A model generated the notes under the pieces. The model was not told the origin of the DNA and did not search any database. It was given only the letters and a program-made list of their open reading frames with translations. Shown in pieces: positions 24,876 to 36,603 of a DNA stretch of 64,000 nucleotides (its first letter is position 1; the number at the start of each line of letters is the position of its first letter). The DNA is taken from contig NC_135812.1 in assembly GCF_964213995.1 (NCBI RefSeq), positions 82,584,001-82,648,000 of the forward strand. The letters are read 5' to 3'. The DNA is from Mustelus asterias (Eukaryota). Position numbers and translations under genes: made by a program.

Positions 24876-25534
24876 CTTTTTATTCCTCACCTTTAGGTTT
24901 GGGCTTTCACTGCTGGTGTGGACAAGTTGCATATAGCTGTGATATGTTAATTGTCATTCTATGAAGGATGTTGGCTTGCATTGAGTTTTAGATTTTATGA
25001 GTACTTGAGTTTCGAAGATTTGGATCCTTCTTTTGAAAATAAATTGTGTTGGGAAAGCTAACATCTTTTAACAAGCTGAAGCAAAATCATGATTTGATTT
25101 TGTGGATGTTTTACAAGTAGGAATTTAACATGTGGATTTTACACCTGACAAAGGAAAGGTCCCACAAGAAAAGGTGATGGCCCTTTAAGTGCTGATTAGC
25201 CATTTCAAGTCAGTGGTAATATCCTGTAAACCAGTAAGAATACTATTCTAAAATATCTCATAAAAAATACTGAAAAGTTAGTGAATGCTTCGAAATAGTA
25301 CAACACTAGTTATTCACGACTCCTTAGTGTTGCCCAATAGCAAGTCAATAAATTGCTTGCTGAAATGATTGGCCAGCTTTCTCTGTACAAATTAGGATGG
25401 GTAATGTTTCTGCTGGGAAATAGTGCTGACACTTTTTTAAGTCTATTGTAAAGTCTTGCAGAGCAAGAAGGATAGTGAGACTAGGCTAGACGGTTTAAGT
25501 GGAGAAAAACATTACACAGCTTTGATAATGATCT

Positions 25535-26610
25535 TGATTTGATTTGAGTTATTGTCTCGTGTTAGCAAACAGTGAAAAGTATTGTTTCTTGCGCACTATA
25601 CAGACAGAGCATGCAGTTCATAGAGAAGGAAATGGGAGAGTGCAGAATATAGTGTTACAGTCTTAGCTAGGGTGTAGAGAAAGATCAACTTAATGCAAGG
25701 TAGGTCCATTCAAAATCTGATGGCAGCAGGGAAGAAGCTGCTCTTGAGTCGGTTGGTACATGACCTCAGACTTTTGTGCCTTTTTCCCGACGGAAAAAGG
25801 TGGAAGAGAGAATGTCCAGGGTGCGTGGGGTCCTTAGTTGTGCTGGCTGCTTTGTCAAGGCAGCGGGAAGACAGAGTCAATGGATGGGAGGCTGGTTTGC
25901 ATGATGGATTGGGCTACACTCACGACCTTTTGTAGTTTCTTGCAGTGTTGGGGAGAGCAGGAGCCATACCAAGCTGTGATACAGCAGAAAGAATGCTTTC
26001 TGTGGTGCATCTATAAAAGTTGGTAAGAGTCGTAGCTGACAAGCCAAATTTCCTTAGTCTTCTGAGAAAGTAGAGGCGTTGGTGGGCTTTCTTAACTACA
26101 GTGTTGGCATGGGGGGACCAGATCAGGTTGTTGGTGATCTGGACACCTCAAAACTTGAAGCTCTCGACCCTTACACTTCATCCCCGTTGATGTAGACAGG
26201 GCATTTTCTCCTCTATGCTTCTTGAAGTCAATGACAATCTCCTTCATTTTGTTGACATTGAGGGAGAGATTATTGTTGCTACACCAGTTCACCAGATTCT
26301 CTATCTCATTCCTGTACTCTGTCTCGTCATTGTTTGAGACCCGTCCCACGACGGTGGTGTCGTCAGCAAACTTGAAAATCGAGTTGGAGGGGAATTTGAC
26401 CACAGAGTCATAGGTGTATAAGGAGCATCGTAGGGGACTGAGAGCACAGCCTTGTTGGGCACCAGTGTTGAGGATGATCGTGGAGGAGTTGTTTGCCCTT
26501 CCTTACTGATTGCGGTCTGTGAGTTAGGAAGTTGAGGATCCAGTCGCAGAGGGAGGAACCGAGGCCCAGGCCACGGAGTTTGGAGATGAGTTTCATAGGA
26601 ATAATGGTGA
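25535..26610 (-). mobile_element. Rex1/Babar-like LINE, 5'-truncated
   Basis: [47 protein letters not shown] and an (AAATC)n tail. Confidence 0.85.
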
Positions 26611-26777
26611 TCTGTGAATCAGAAAAGATGGAACTTGCACGAGTGTAGGTTAGAAATGGGTTCTGGCTTTCTCCCATCCAATTCTCCGTCAGTTAATAAT
26701 TAAGCTTATTTAAATGGGTGTTAAATTGATTGAGATTTAGAAATGGATTCCTTACATAGAATTTTTTTTTCTTTCAG

Positions 26778-26913
26778 GTGGATGGTGGCATGTAGTGCTC
26801 AATTTGGATCACACAATTGCTGTTACTCAGAACTTTGCCAGTGCAACCAATTTTCCTGTTGTATGGCATAAAACTGTTAGGGGACGGCCTAAACTATCCA
26901 GAAAGTGGTACAG
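26778..26913 (+). CDS. JMJD6: JMJD6 coding exon 4 ([19 protein letters not shown]...[12 protein letters not shown]), third iron-ligand His and AT-hook-like GRP
   Basis: tttcag| acceptor, CAG|gtaata donor, 136 nt. Translated manually, not in the ORF track. Confidence 0.97.
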
Positions 26914-27074
26914 GTAATATGAAATGAATTTTTGAAGTGCAGCAGACTTTTGCTATTGAGATATAGTTTACGGCGGGTCAATGATGGTGTATATATGTTA
27001 AGACATAGTATTGATGGGAAAATAGCCTTTCCTCAGTTTATATTTCAGCTTCTCTGTGATGCATATTGGCTGAA

Positions 27075-27400
27075 GGTGGCACGGTGGGACAGTGATTAGC
27101 ACAACTGTCTCACAGCGCCAGGAACCCAGGTTCAATTCCAGCCTTGGGTGACTGTGTGGAGTTTGCACATTCTCCCCGTGTCTGCGTGGGTTTCCTCCAG
27201 TGCTCCGGTTTCCTCCCACAGTCCAAAGACATGCGGGTTAGATTGATTGGCCATGATAAATTGCCCCTTAATGTCAGGGGGATTAGGAGGGTAAATATGT
27301 GGGGTTACAGGATAGGACAGGTCTTGGGTGGGATTGTTGTCAGTGCATGCTCGATGGGTCAAATGGCCTCCTTCTGCACTGGAAAGATTCTATGATTCTG
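27075..27400 (+). mobile_element. HE1-like tRNA SINE, CR1-type (ATTCTATG) tail
   Basis: Same head and core as the other SINEs, ending GGCCTCCTTCTGCACTGGAAAGATTCTATGATTCT. Confidence 0.8.
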
Positions 27401-28349
27401 TGAAGCCCATTAAGGCAGGAGGTCATTCAATCAGAGACCAGACAAATTCTAGTCTTGATTTTGTGCTGATTTACTTGATTTCAACCTGGGAGCTATAGTT
27501 GGTCTTGGTAACCATGAATCAGGGGCAGCTGTCCATTGCCCTATACAGGAAGCAGCATGTGCAGACATTGAGCAAGGACAAGATTAAGTATGGTTCCGAT
27601 CTCCCATTGCTGATAATCTCATGTCAGTGGTCACATATAATGAATAACCACTTGAACAATGTGGCAGAAGATTTATTTCCTGTTAAAGAATCAGGGGAGA
27701 GAGAGCGCATAGAGAATTAGCACTAAAAAGCAGGAGAATGTGATTTTTTGGGAAAGGAAATCACTTTACCAGCAAGTCCATTCCTTATTCAGACCAGTAC
27801 CACCTGCCCATTTTCATATCATGTCTATTCACTCCAAAAATTCAACCAATTTCCTCGTCTACCATTTATTCTGTCTACTTCAATGGCCTTTCATGGTAAA
27901 TTATTCCACAATTCTCTTACCCATTGGGTGACAAAGTTTTGCCACTCTTCTCTTCTTACCCCAAACTTTCTCTTCCTCTTGAAATGCCATACTATGCACC
28001 TTTGAGGCACATTTTGAGAGCAATTTAGGGAGGCTTTGCAGTCTTTTTGACATATCAGACCTCATCGAATTGCCTTTACCAGCACTGAGTACAGAGTGCA
28101 AACACGATTCCTCAGTTTATGGGAAATTTACATGATTAGTATTCCTGTTGAGTTCCATCACTTAATGGATATGGTTGCACGGGTACCTTGTGCCCTACTA
28201 TAATTTGCTGAAATGACCATTTGCCATGTGTGAATGTAGACAATGATTGTCAACAATGATCAGAGTCCTCAGCAACTTTACTCTTCCTAACCTTGGGATG
28301 CTTCAGCTGTTGCAGATCTGAGATTGTCTAAGTTAAGACTGGGATTTAA

Positions 28350-28630
28350 AAGTAAAGTTTATTCATTAGTCACAAGTAAGGCTTAGATTAACATTGCAAT
28401 GAAGTTACTGTGAAATTTCCCTAGTCGCTACACTCCGGCGCCTGTTCGGGTCAATGCACCTAACCAGCACATCTTTCAGACTGTGGGGGGAAACCGGAGC
28501 ACCCGGGGGAAACCCACACAGACACGGAGAGAACATGCAAACTCCACACAAACAGTGACCCAAGCTGGGAATCAAACCTGGGTCCCTGGCGCTGTGAGGC
28601 AGCAGTGCTAACCACAGTGCCACCATGTTG
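28350..28630 (-). mobile_element. tRNA SINE, AATAAAC tail
   Basis: Reverse complement of the 53113-53390 type. Confidence 0.8.
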
Positions 28631-28762
28631 CCAGCTTCTGCATGGCTCAGTTACTCACCACTGAGCCACTGGGAGAACCTAATTGTTAGTGTTTACTGAT
28701 ATTTGCACCCCCTTCACCATATAGAATTAGCATTTTTGCGCTTCCCCACCATCTCAGGGGCA

Positions 28763-29148
28763 ACATAGAAACATAGAAAAACTAGAGCACAAACAGGCCC
28801 TTCGGCCCACAAGTTGTGCCGAACACATCCCTACCTTCTAGACCGACCTATAACCCTCCATCCTATTAAGCTCCATGTACTCATCCAGGAGTCTCTTAAA
28901 AGACCCTATTGAGTTCGCCTCCACCATCCCTGACGGCAGCCGATTCCACTCGCCCACCACCCTCTGTGTGAAAAACTTACCCCTAACATCTCCCCTGTAC
29001 CTACCCCCCAGCACCTTAAACCTGTGTCCTCTTGTAGCAGACATTTCCACCCTGGGAAAAAGTCTCTGAGAGTCCACCCGATCTATGCCTCTCAACATCT
29101 TATACACCTCTATTAGATCTCCTCTCATCCTTCATCTCTCCAAGGAGA
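28763..29148 (-). mobile_element. CR1 LINE 3' end
   Basis: ORF 28838..29128 MRGDLIEVYKMLRGIDRV, with a TTTCTATG tail. Same subfamily as 41865-45265. Confidence 0.88.
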
Positions 29149-31397
29149 ACATTATCCTTCCTCCAATAAGGTGACAGTACACCAGATGAGTCAAGTAAAC
29201 CTGTAACAAAATTACAATATAACATGACTGATTTTTACTCTGCACCGCCGATCATACAACCAAGTACCTTAATTGCCTTTTTAATAGCTGCTAAATCTTG
29301 GCTAGTTCTTGTTCTCACATTATTTTGTTTGCCTACGTTGATATAAATCTGCCACTCTTTGGCCTTGTAATGCAAAAGAATGAGCTCTTTCAGAAACTGG
29401 CCAAAATTTTCCTCATTATTTGTGCTGCCTCTTTCTTCGTGTCATCCTCAACTTTGCATAATAAATTAATAAAAGTAGATATCCTACACAGATATCTGAT
29501 GTGATCCACTTGTAATCTTCTTGGCTTGAAAAGTTCCTATTTTTGGCTATCCTCTGTTGGCTACTTTCAAAACACTTTTAGAACAAGGAAAAGATTAGTT
29601 TCTCCTTGGATCCAGAAACAGAAATAAGATAATTATACCGCAGTACTGGAGGAGATTTGGGATCAAGCCGTTCACCTGTCATCTCAGTTGGAAAACACAT
29701 AGCTCATTCTATTGTTACCCTTTGCATAAGTTGCTTTTGTGACTTGGCTCTTGTAAGTTGTGTAATTCATTTGCTGTATTTTGTGGCAAGATTCTCAAAA
29801 TTTAGGAGGACTAAAAGTCAGTAGCTTAGTCAAACCATGTATCATGGCTTTGTTCATGGTACACCAGATGAAAACTGATTTTCTGAATACTTCATCAGTT
29901 TATATACATAGTACTCTTCTATATGAAGAAATAATCTACTTACAGACTAAAGAATATAGTTTTTAAATAAAAAGTTTTTATATTAAATTCTGATGAGTAA
30001 TGATATAAAAATTGAAACGTACTTGAATATCCTTTATTATTTTGCAATGTGATGTTTCCTGTACATGCAGAAATCTTTATCTGATTCGGATAATCTAGAA
30101 ATTGACATATATTTCTCAATCAGCTACATTTAAATAACTTACATATTGTTCCACTCAAAGATCTCTCTTAGTGCCTTTGTTGAACCTGCTTTAACATACA
30201 AAAATACAATGAATCCTAAATCCTAAAGAGAAATCTAATTAGACAGATAAATACCACTTTTCATAAATACTTACCACAGAGTTTGGCCCTGAGGTGTTTC
30301 TGATTTTTAATTTTATTTTAGCATTTCTTCATTGATCCCTGGAAAAGGGTGCCATGTGGAGTAAATATGCTATGGGTGGCATCAATTGCAGACATTAAGA
30401 ATTGACCCCGTTCTCAGATTCTGTGAATAAGGATAATGTTGAACACCTTAATCTATTGCACCATATACATCAACTCTTTTGTTTGAACTGGAGTGTAGAA
30501 TTAATTCACATTAAAATGGAATCACATCAAAATGAAATCTTCAGTTTATATGGGATTTAATCGTGTTAAATGGAACTAATCCACAAATAAGTACATTGTG
30601 ATAACACTAGTTTCAGCTGTGAAATGCAGTATATGCAGCTTTAAATTTATAGATTATTTAGGTATAAATTTTATATTGGCCCAGATTTTCTGTTGTAATG
30701 CAGTGAAACTGGCAGAGTTCGTTATCATAATGTTTGAAACTGGCAGCAACTTCTGGCACATGTACAATTGAACATAGAAATCTAGAAGTTGCTATCGGTG
30801 ATTCCCTGCTCCTCCACAGTTTGTGCTGCAGGAAGTCCTCAAAGATTGATATCAATTAGAAATTTCTAATCTGATGTGAAACTCCACTTGTATGCTAATA
30901 TTCCCACTATAAAAGGAAACCCATCAGGAAGTTATGCCTTGTTAAATGAGGTGTAATGGAGTTTCTAGTGACATATAAACTCCGTAACCAATGATGAACA
31001 AGTTCTCTGGCCTTGAAAAACTAGTTTTATATTTGTGGAATGTCTAATTTCTCCATTCCATGCTTCCATAAATCAAGTAATTTTTAAAAGTTTGATATTT
31101 CATCTAAGTTAATTTATGTATATGACCTCATCTTTATTTTGCTTTCTGTAAAATTATAAAAAGTAAGTGATAAACCAGTTTGTTACTTCCTGGTTTGCAG
31201 TCTGTGAAAATTCTTCAATGTGATTGGCAGATTAGCTAGTGTGATGGAATCACTGCTGATGGATGCCAAAAATCAACTATAGCTGATAATGGAATAAATT
31301 AACATCAGGGAAGGTGAAATCCACTCCACAAGGATAACCAAATCTTCATCGCAAGCTTTCATCTGGTCAGTGGTGAACTCTGGACCTTTGTGCTTAG

Positions 31398-31607
<210 letters not shown>

Positions 31608-32522
31608 TAATTGAGTGAAATGTCTCCGATTTATGGTGCCATCAGTAGAAATTGAATAATTTGTGGAAACTAAATCTATTTTGAATCATGAATACAGTAT
31701 TTATGTCTTAGATGTAACAGGGTTCCTAAGAAATGGGCTGTTGTTATTGTTTTAAATAAATTAGTAAAGGAATATACCTTCACATTGATGGGGCCACAAT
31801 ACAGTCTTCAAATTGCCTGATAATCTTTATAGCAATTAAAGTAAAATTCAAGTCAAAAGAGAGAAACTGTTTACAACCACAAAAGACTGCTCTCATTTTG
31901 GCTAACTTAATGTGGCATCTTTGTGTTCAATATCTTTACATGCTTATAACATGGGGGGTCTGAATGAAGTATAAACTATCGGATGTTCTGCATTATGCGT
32001 TACAACAATCTCTGACCCCTGCTCAAACATTTGAGAGACCTGCTACTGGCACTATAGGATGTTTGAGAGATTAGAACAAATCAGCCATATACAGCCAAAG
32101 TGGTTCTAAGTAGATTAAGGAACCTTCTCAAAATACCAGTAAAAAAGAGTAAAGGGAATGAGAGACTAAAATATTAAAATATAAAATTCGTTATGAACAG
32201 AATAGGAAAACAAATATCTTAGAGGAGATTGTGGTGAGGTTGGAGAGTGATTGCAGACAAATGAGGAAAATCAACAATGATGCAACTAAACCCTTATTAA
32301 TTTTTCAGTGTTTGAGGATTTTAGCATTGGATCAGGGCAGATTGTTAACTGTCTTTATTTTGCATCTGATGGATACAATACTTGGTTTTGAAATGCCTGA
32401 TATTGAGAGCTTACACACCAACACTGACATCATTCAGTTTGATCGTCACTAGAGTCACCTGCCTCCAAAAATATTAACAGTTACTACTTAAGGCATTGAA
32501 AATAGTTACCCAGTTTTTTGTG

Positions 32523-33910
32523 TAACATAAGAACATAAGAAATAGGAGCAGGAGTAGGTCATCTAGCCCCTCGGGCCTGCCCCACCATTCAACAAGATCA
32601 TGGCTGACCTGCTCCCCATATCCCTTGATTCCCTTATCGATCAGAAATCTATCTACCCGTGATTTAAACACATTCAGCGAGGTAGCCTCCACCACTTCAA
32701 TGGGCAGAGAATTCCAGAGATTCATTACCCTCTGAGAGAAGAAGTTCCTCCTCAACTCTGTTCTGAACCGGCCCCCACTTATTTTGAGGCTGTGCCCTCT
32801 AGTTCTGGTTTCCCTTCTAAGTGGAAAGAATCTCTCTACCTCTACCCTATCCAGCCCCTTCATTATCTTATATGTCTCTATAAGATCACCCCTCAGCCTT
32901 CTAAACTCCAACGAGTACAGACCCAATCTGTTCAATCTCTCCTCATAAGCTACACCCCTCACCTCCGGTATCAACCTGGTGAACCTTCTCTGCACTCCCT
33001 CCAAGGCCAATATATCCTTTCGCAAATAAGGGGACCAAAACTGCACACAATACTCCAGTTGCGGCCTCACCAGTGCCTTGTATAGTTGCAGCAAGACCTC
33101 CCTGCTTTTATATTCTATCCCCCTCGCGATAAAGGCCAACATTCCATTCGCCTTCTTGATCACCTGCTGCACCTGCAGACTGAGTTTTTGCGATTCGTGC
33201 ACAAGGACCCCCAAGTCCCTCTGCACAGTAGCACGATGTAATTTTTCTCCATTTAAATAATATTCCAAATTTACTATTATTTCTTCCAAAGTGGATAACC
33301 TCACATTTGCCAACGTTATATTCCATCTGCCAGATCCTCGCCCACTCGCTCAGCCTATCCAAATCTCTCTGCAGGCTTTCCGCATCTTCCACGCAATTCG
33401 CTTTCCCACTCATCTTCCTGTCATCAGCAAACTTTGATACCCTACACTCAGTCCCCTCCTCCAGATCATCGATGTAAATGGTAAACAGTTGAGGCCCCAG
33501 CACCGATCCCTGCGGCACGCCACTGGTCACCAACTGCCAACCAGAAAAGCACCCATTTATTCCAACTCTCTGCTTCCTGTTAGATAGCCAATCCCCAATC
33601 CACGCCAACACCTTACCCCCAACTCCGTGTACCCCAATCTTCTGCAGCAACCTTTTGTGAGGCACCTTATCGAATGCCTTCTGTAAATCTAAAAACACCA
33701 CATCCACCGGTTCCCCTCTGTCAACCGCACTAGTCACATCTTCATAAAAATCCAGTAAATTCGTCAAACACGACTTTCCCTTCATGAATCCATGCTGCGT
33801 CTACTTGATCGAACCATTCTTATCCAGGTGCTCTGCTATTTCCTCTTTAATGATGGACTCCAGCATCTTCCCAACTACGGACGTTAAGCTAACCGGCCTG
33901 TAGTTACCCG
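32523..33910 (-). mobile_element. 5'-truncated CR1 LINE (RT, frameshifted)
   Basis: ORFs 33108..33785 and 32474..33313 with GVPQGSVLGP and KFADD, and a TTCTTATG tail. Confidence 0.92.
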
Positions 33911-34269
33911 AACGATGGATGGGATAAAAATAACCTAATTTCCAATTAAATTTTAAGAAAGGAAAGGTTTCAGATGGATGTAAGAAATCCATTTTATTCT
34001 GCATTAAGCGATAGTTAAGAACATAAAAGCAGGCGTAGACTATAATTCAGTGGTCCAGTTAATAGCTAATGGATGATGCAATATATTGTGTTTTAAGACA
34101 GTTACTGTAAACAGACTAAAAGCACTATTGTCTAAACACTAATTTTGTGGGTTACTTATACTTTTAACAATAGAACAGAACTTTTAACATAACCAAAAAA
34201 GTATCACTATCAGATATACGTAACATTGTCCTTTAAGTAAACATTCAATTCTCCGAGAACAAGTCCATT

Positions 34270-34583
34270 GGGTGGCACAGTGGTTAGCACTGCTGCCTCA
34301 GAGCGCCAGGGACCTGGGTTCAATTCCAGCCATGGGTCACTGTCTGTGTGGAGTTTGCATGTTCTCCCTTTCTCTGCGTGGGTTTTCTCTAGGTGCGCCG
34401 GTTTCCTCCCACAGTCCAAAGATGTGCGGGTTAGGTTGATTGGCATGCTAAATTAACCTTAGTGTCAGGGGGATTAGCAGGGTAAATATGGGGGGTTACG
34501 GCAATAGGGCTTGGGTGGGATTGTGGTCGGTGCAGACTCGATGGGCCGAATGGCCTCCTTCTGCATTGTCGGGATTCTATGAT
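34270..34583 (+). mobile_element. HE1-like tRNA SINE, CR1-type tail
   Basis: Head GGTGGCACAGTGGTTAGCAC, end GGCCTCCTTCTGCATTGTCGGGATTCTATG. Confidence 0.8.
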
Positions 34584-36603
34584 GTGACCAGTCAAACTTG
34601 CTCTGCCATTCAATACAATCATGGCTGATCTTCAGCTTCAACTCCACTTTCCTGCCCGCTATTCATATTCTTTGCTTCTCTGAGAGACAGAAATCTGTCT
34701 GTCTCAGCCTCAAATATATCCAATGATGGAGGTGAATGCAAAATAATAGGATAGGAGGAATAGAATCAAGGACACCTATCTGGAATAGGACCCATGAAGG
34801 TGTATGATAGTACTGCACAGTTTGGAGTTATGGAGTTACAGGCATTGGTATCAGAAGGTCATTTCACTTGTAGAAAAGCAAAATATTGCAGATGCTTGAA
34901 ATCAGAAAGAAAACAGAAAAAGCTGAAAGTACTCAGCAGATCAGGCAGCATCTGTGGTGATGGAAGGCCATTAGCCTGAAACATTAATTCTGTTCCTCTC
35001 TCCACAGATGCTTTCTGAGCTGCTGAGTATTTCCAGCATTTCTGTTTTTATTTGATATTTCACTTTCCTTTATTCTGATTTAGATTTTTCCACTTTTTTT
35101 TTCCTTTTACTTCCTTTTCTTAAAATTTGTTCCGGCCTCACAGAAAGGGAGAGGAGACCAGAAAACAATGAACAAAGGCATTGAGAGATTTCGAGAAAGA
35201 ATAAGACTAAGCACGGCAGAAAATGTAAATTAAGCAAAAGTATGGGTTGGGGGCGGGGTCAAGAAAGTGGCAGCAGGAAATGCAAATCATTTCCGAGACA
35301 AACAGCTGAGACACATTTTAAGACTGAAATAGTTGCTTGTTACTTTGTTTATCTCACATCTCAAAAAAAGAGCTGTAGCCAGTTCTGACCAAATAAAATA
35401 TCACCTAAGATAGCAGCTAGGTTGCCACTAAAAGTTATTTTGAGGAAAACAAGTTTTTTTAAAGCTGTAGTTTAGCAGCTTATTAGTGGTTATACATAAT
35501 TCCTTTGGAAATATTTTTTGTAAACAAACCCTGTAACTGTATCTATCAGAAATCGCCTTTTTGTTTGCCTGAATTTTATGCGCAACCAACAGAGAGAGAA
35601 AGTAATGGCTGATCAGTTTTGACAGCCTCCAGTCCCATCTACTAATATGTGATTTTGAAAACAAATTATTGATTTAATTGGTCCACATCATTAACTTCTC
35701 GTCCTTGCAAAAGAATGATTTTTGATTTCTGAAATGCTAAAAGGCTGCATCATGGATTGGAAAGCTGACAACTTAATGAATGAGCAGTTGCCATGAATGT
35801 GTCTTCAACTTCATCCATTTTTTCCAGAACCTCACAACTATACAATTCTTCCTCCCACTCTCTCTTCATCGATAGATAGACCTTCAAACAGTTAGCCTGC
35901 ATAGATCCCTCAAGAGTGACTACCTTCAGATTTCATGATTTAGCTAACTCTGGACCTTCCAAGGAAAACTTATTTACACAAATTGTAACAGACGTCCATT
36001 CCATACCATGATTGATCCACCTGTATATATTTGTTTCATAAATCACTAAAGTTAGGCATGTTCAATGTTGCCCAAGTCTCACGTTTCCTTCAATAGGCAT
36101 GTACTGCAGATGATAAGACATGTAGAACAGAACATAATTAATCGCTGCCATCGCGCCCTCATATGCTGCCTCCTATTCTATCTATCCTTTATCACTGAGC
36201 AGCAGCCCAACTCACTTCGCATTCCTCTGGTTGGATTCTCTCTTTTGGAGACGGTCATTGCACTTGTGTGGCTCAAATGTTACTTGCCATTCATCAGCCC
36301 AATCCTGAATGTTGTCCAGATCTTGCTGGGAAGACCATCAGGACCCAGGGACTAATCAACCCACAGCTCCAACATTTTGTTCAGTCTACTTCCCTGGTGA
36401 TTGTAATTTTCTTGAGTATCTCCCTCCTCCATTTCCTGATTTACAGCTATTTCTGGGATGTTAGTTAATCTGTGCATTAGTCTGGGCCTCTGGATTGTTA
36501 GTCCAGTCACATTACCACACACCACTGTCTCCCCCTGAAAAGCTTGGCATATAGATTTCCAAACTGTGGTCCATGAGATAACCTGGGGTTTCTGAGGTCA
36601 TTA

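Noticed and set aside
29988-30086. Possible C/D-box snoRNA (TGATGA...CTGA) in JMJD6 intron 4
   Set aside because: The C box is imperfect, there is no convincing terminal stem or recognisable guide, and the background is AT-rich.
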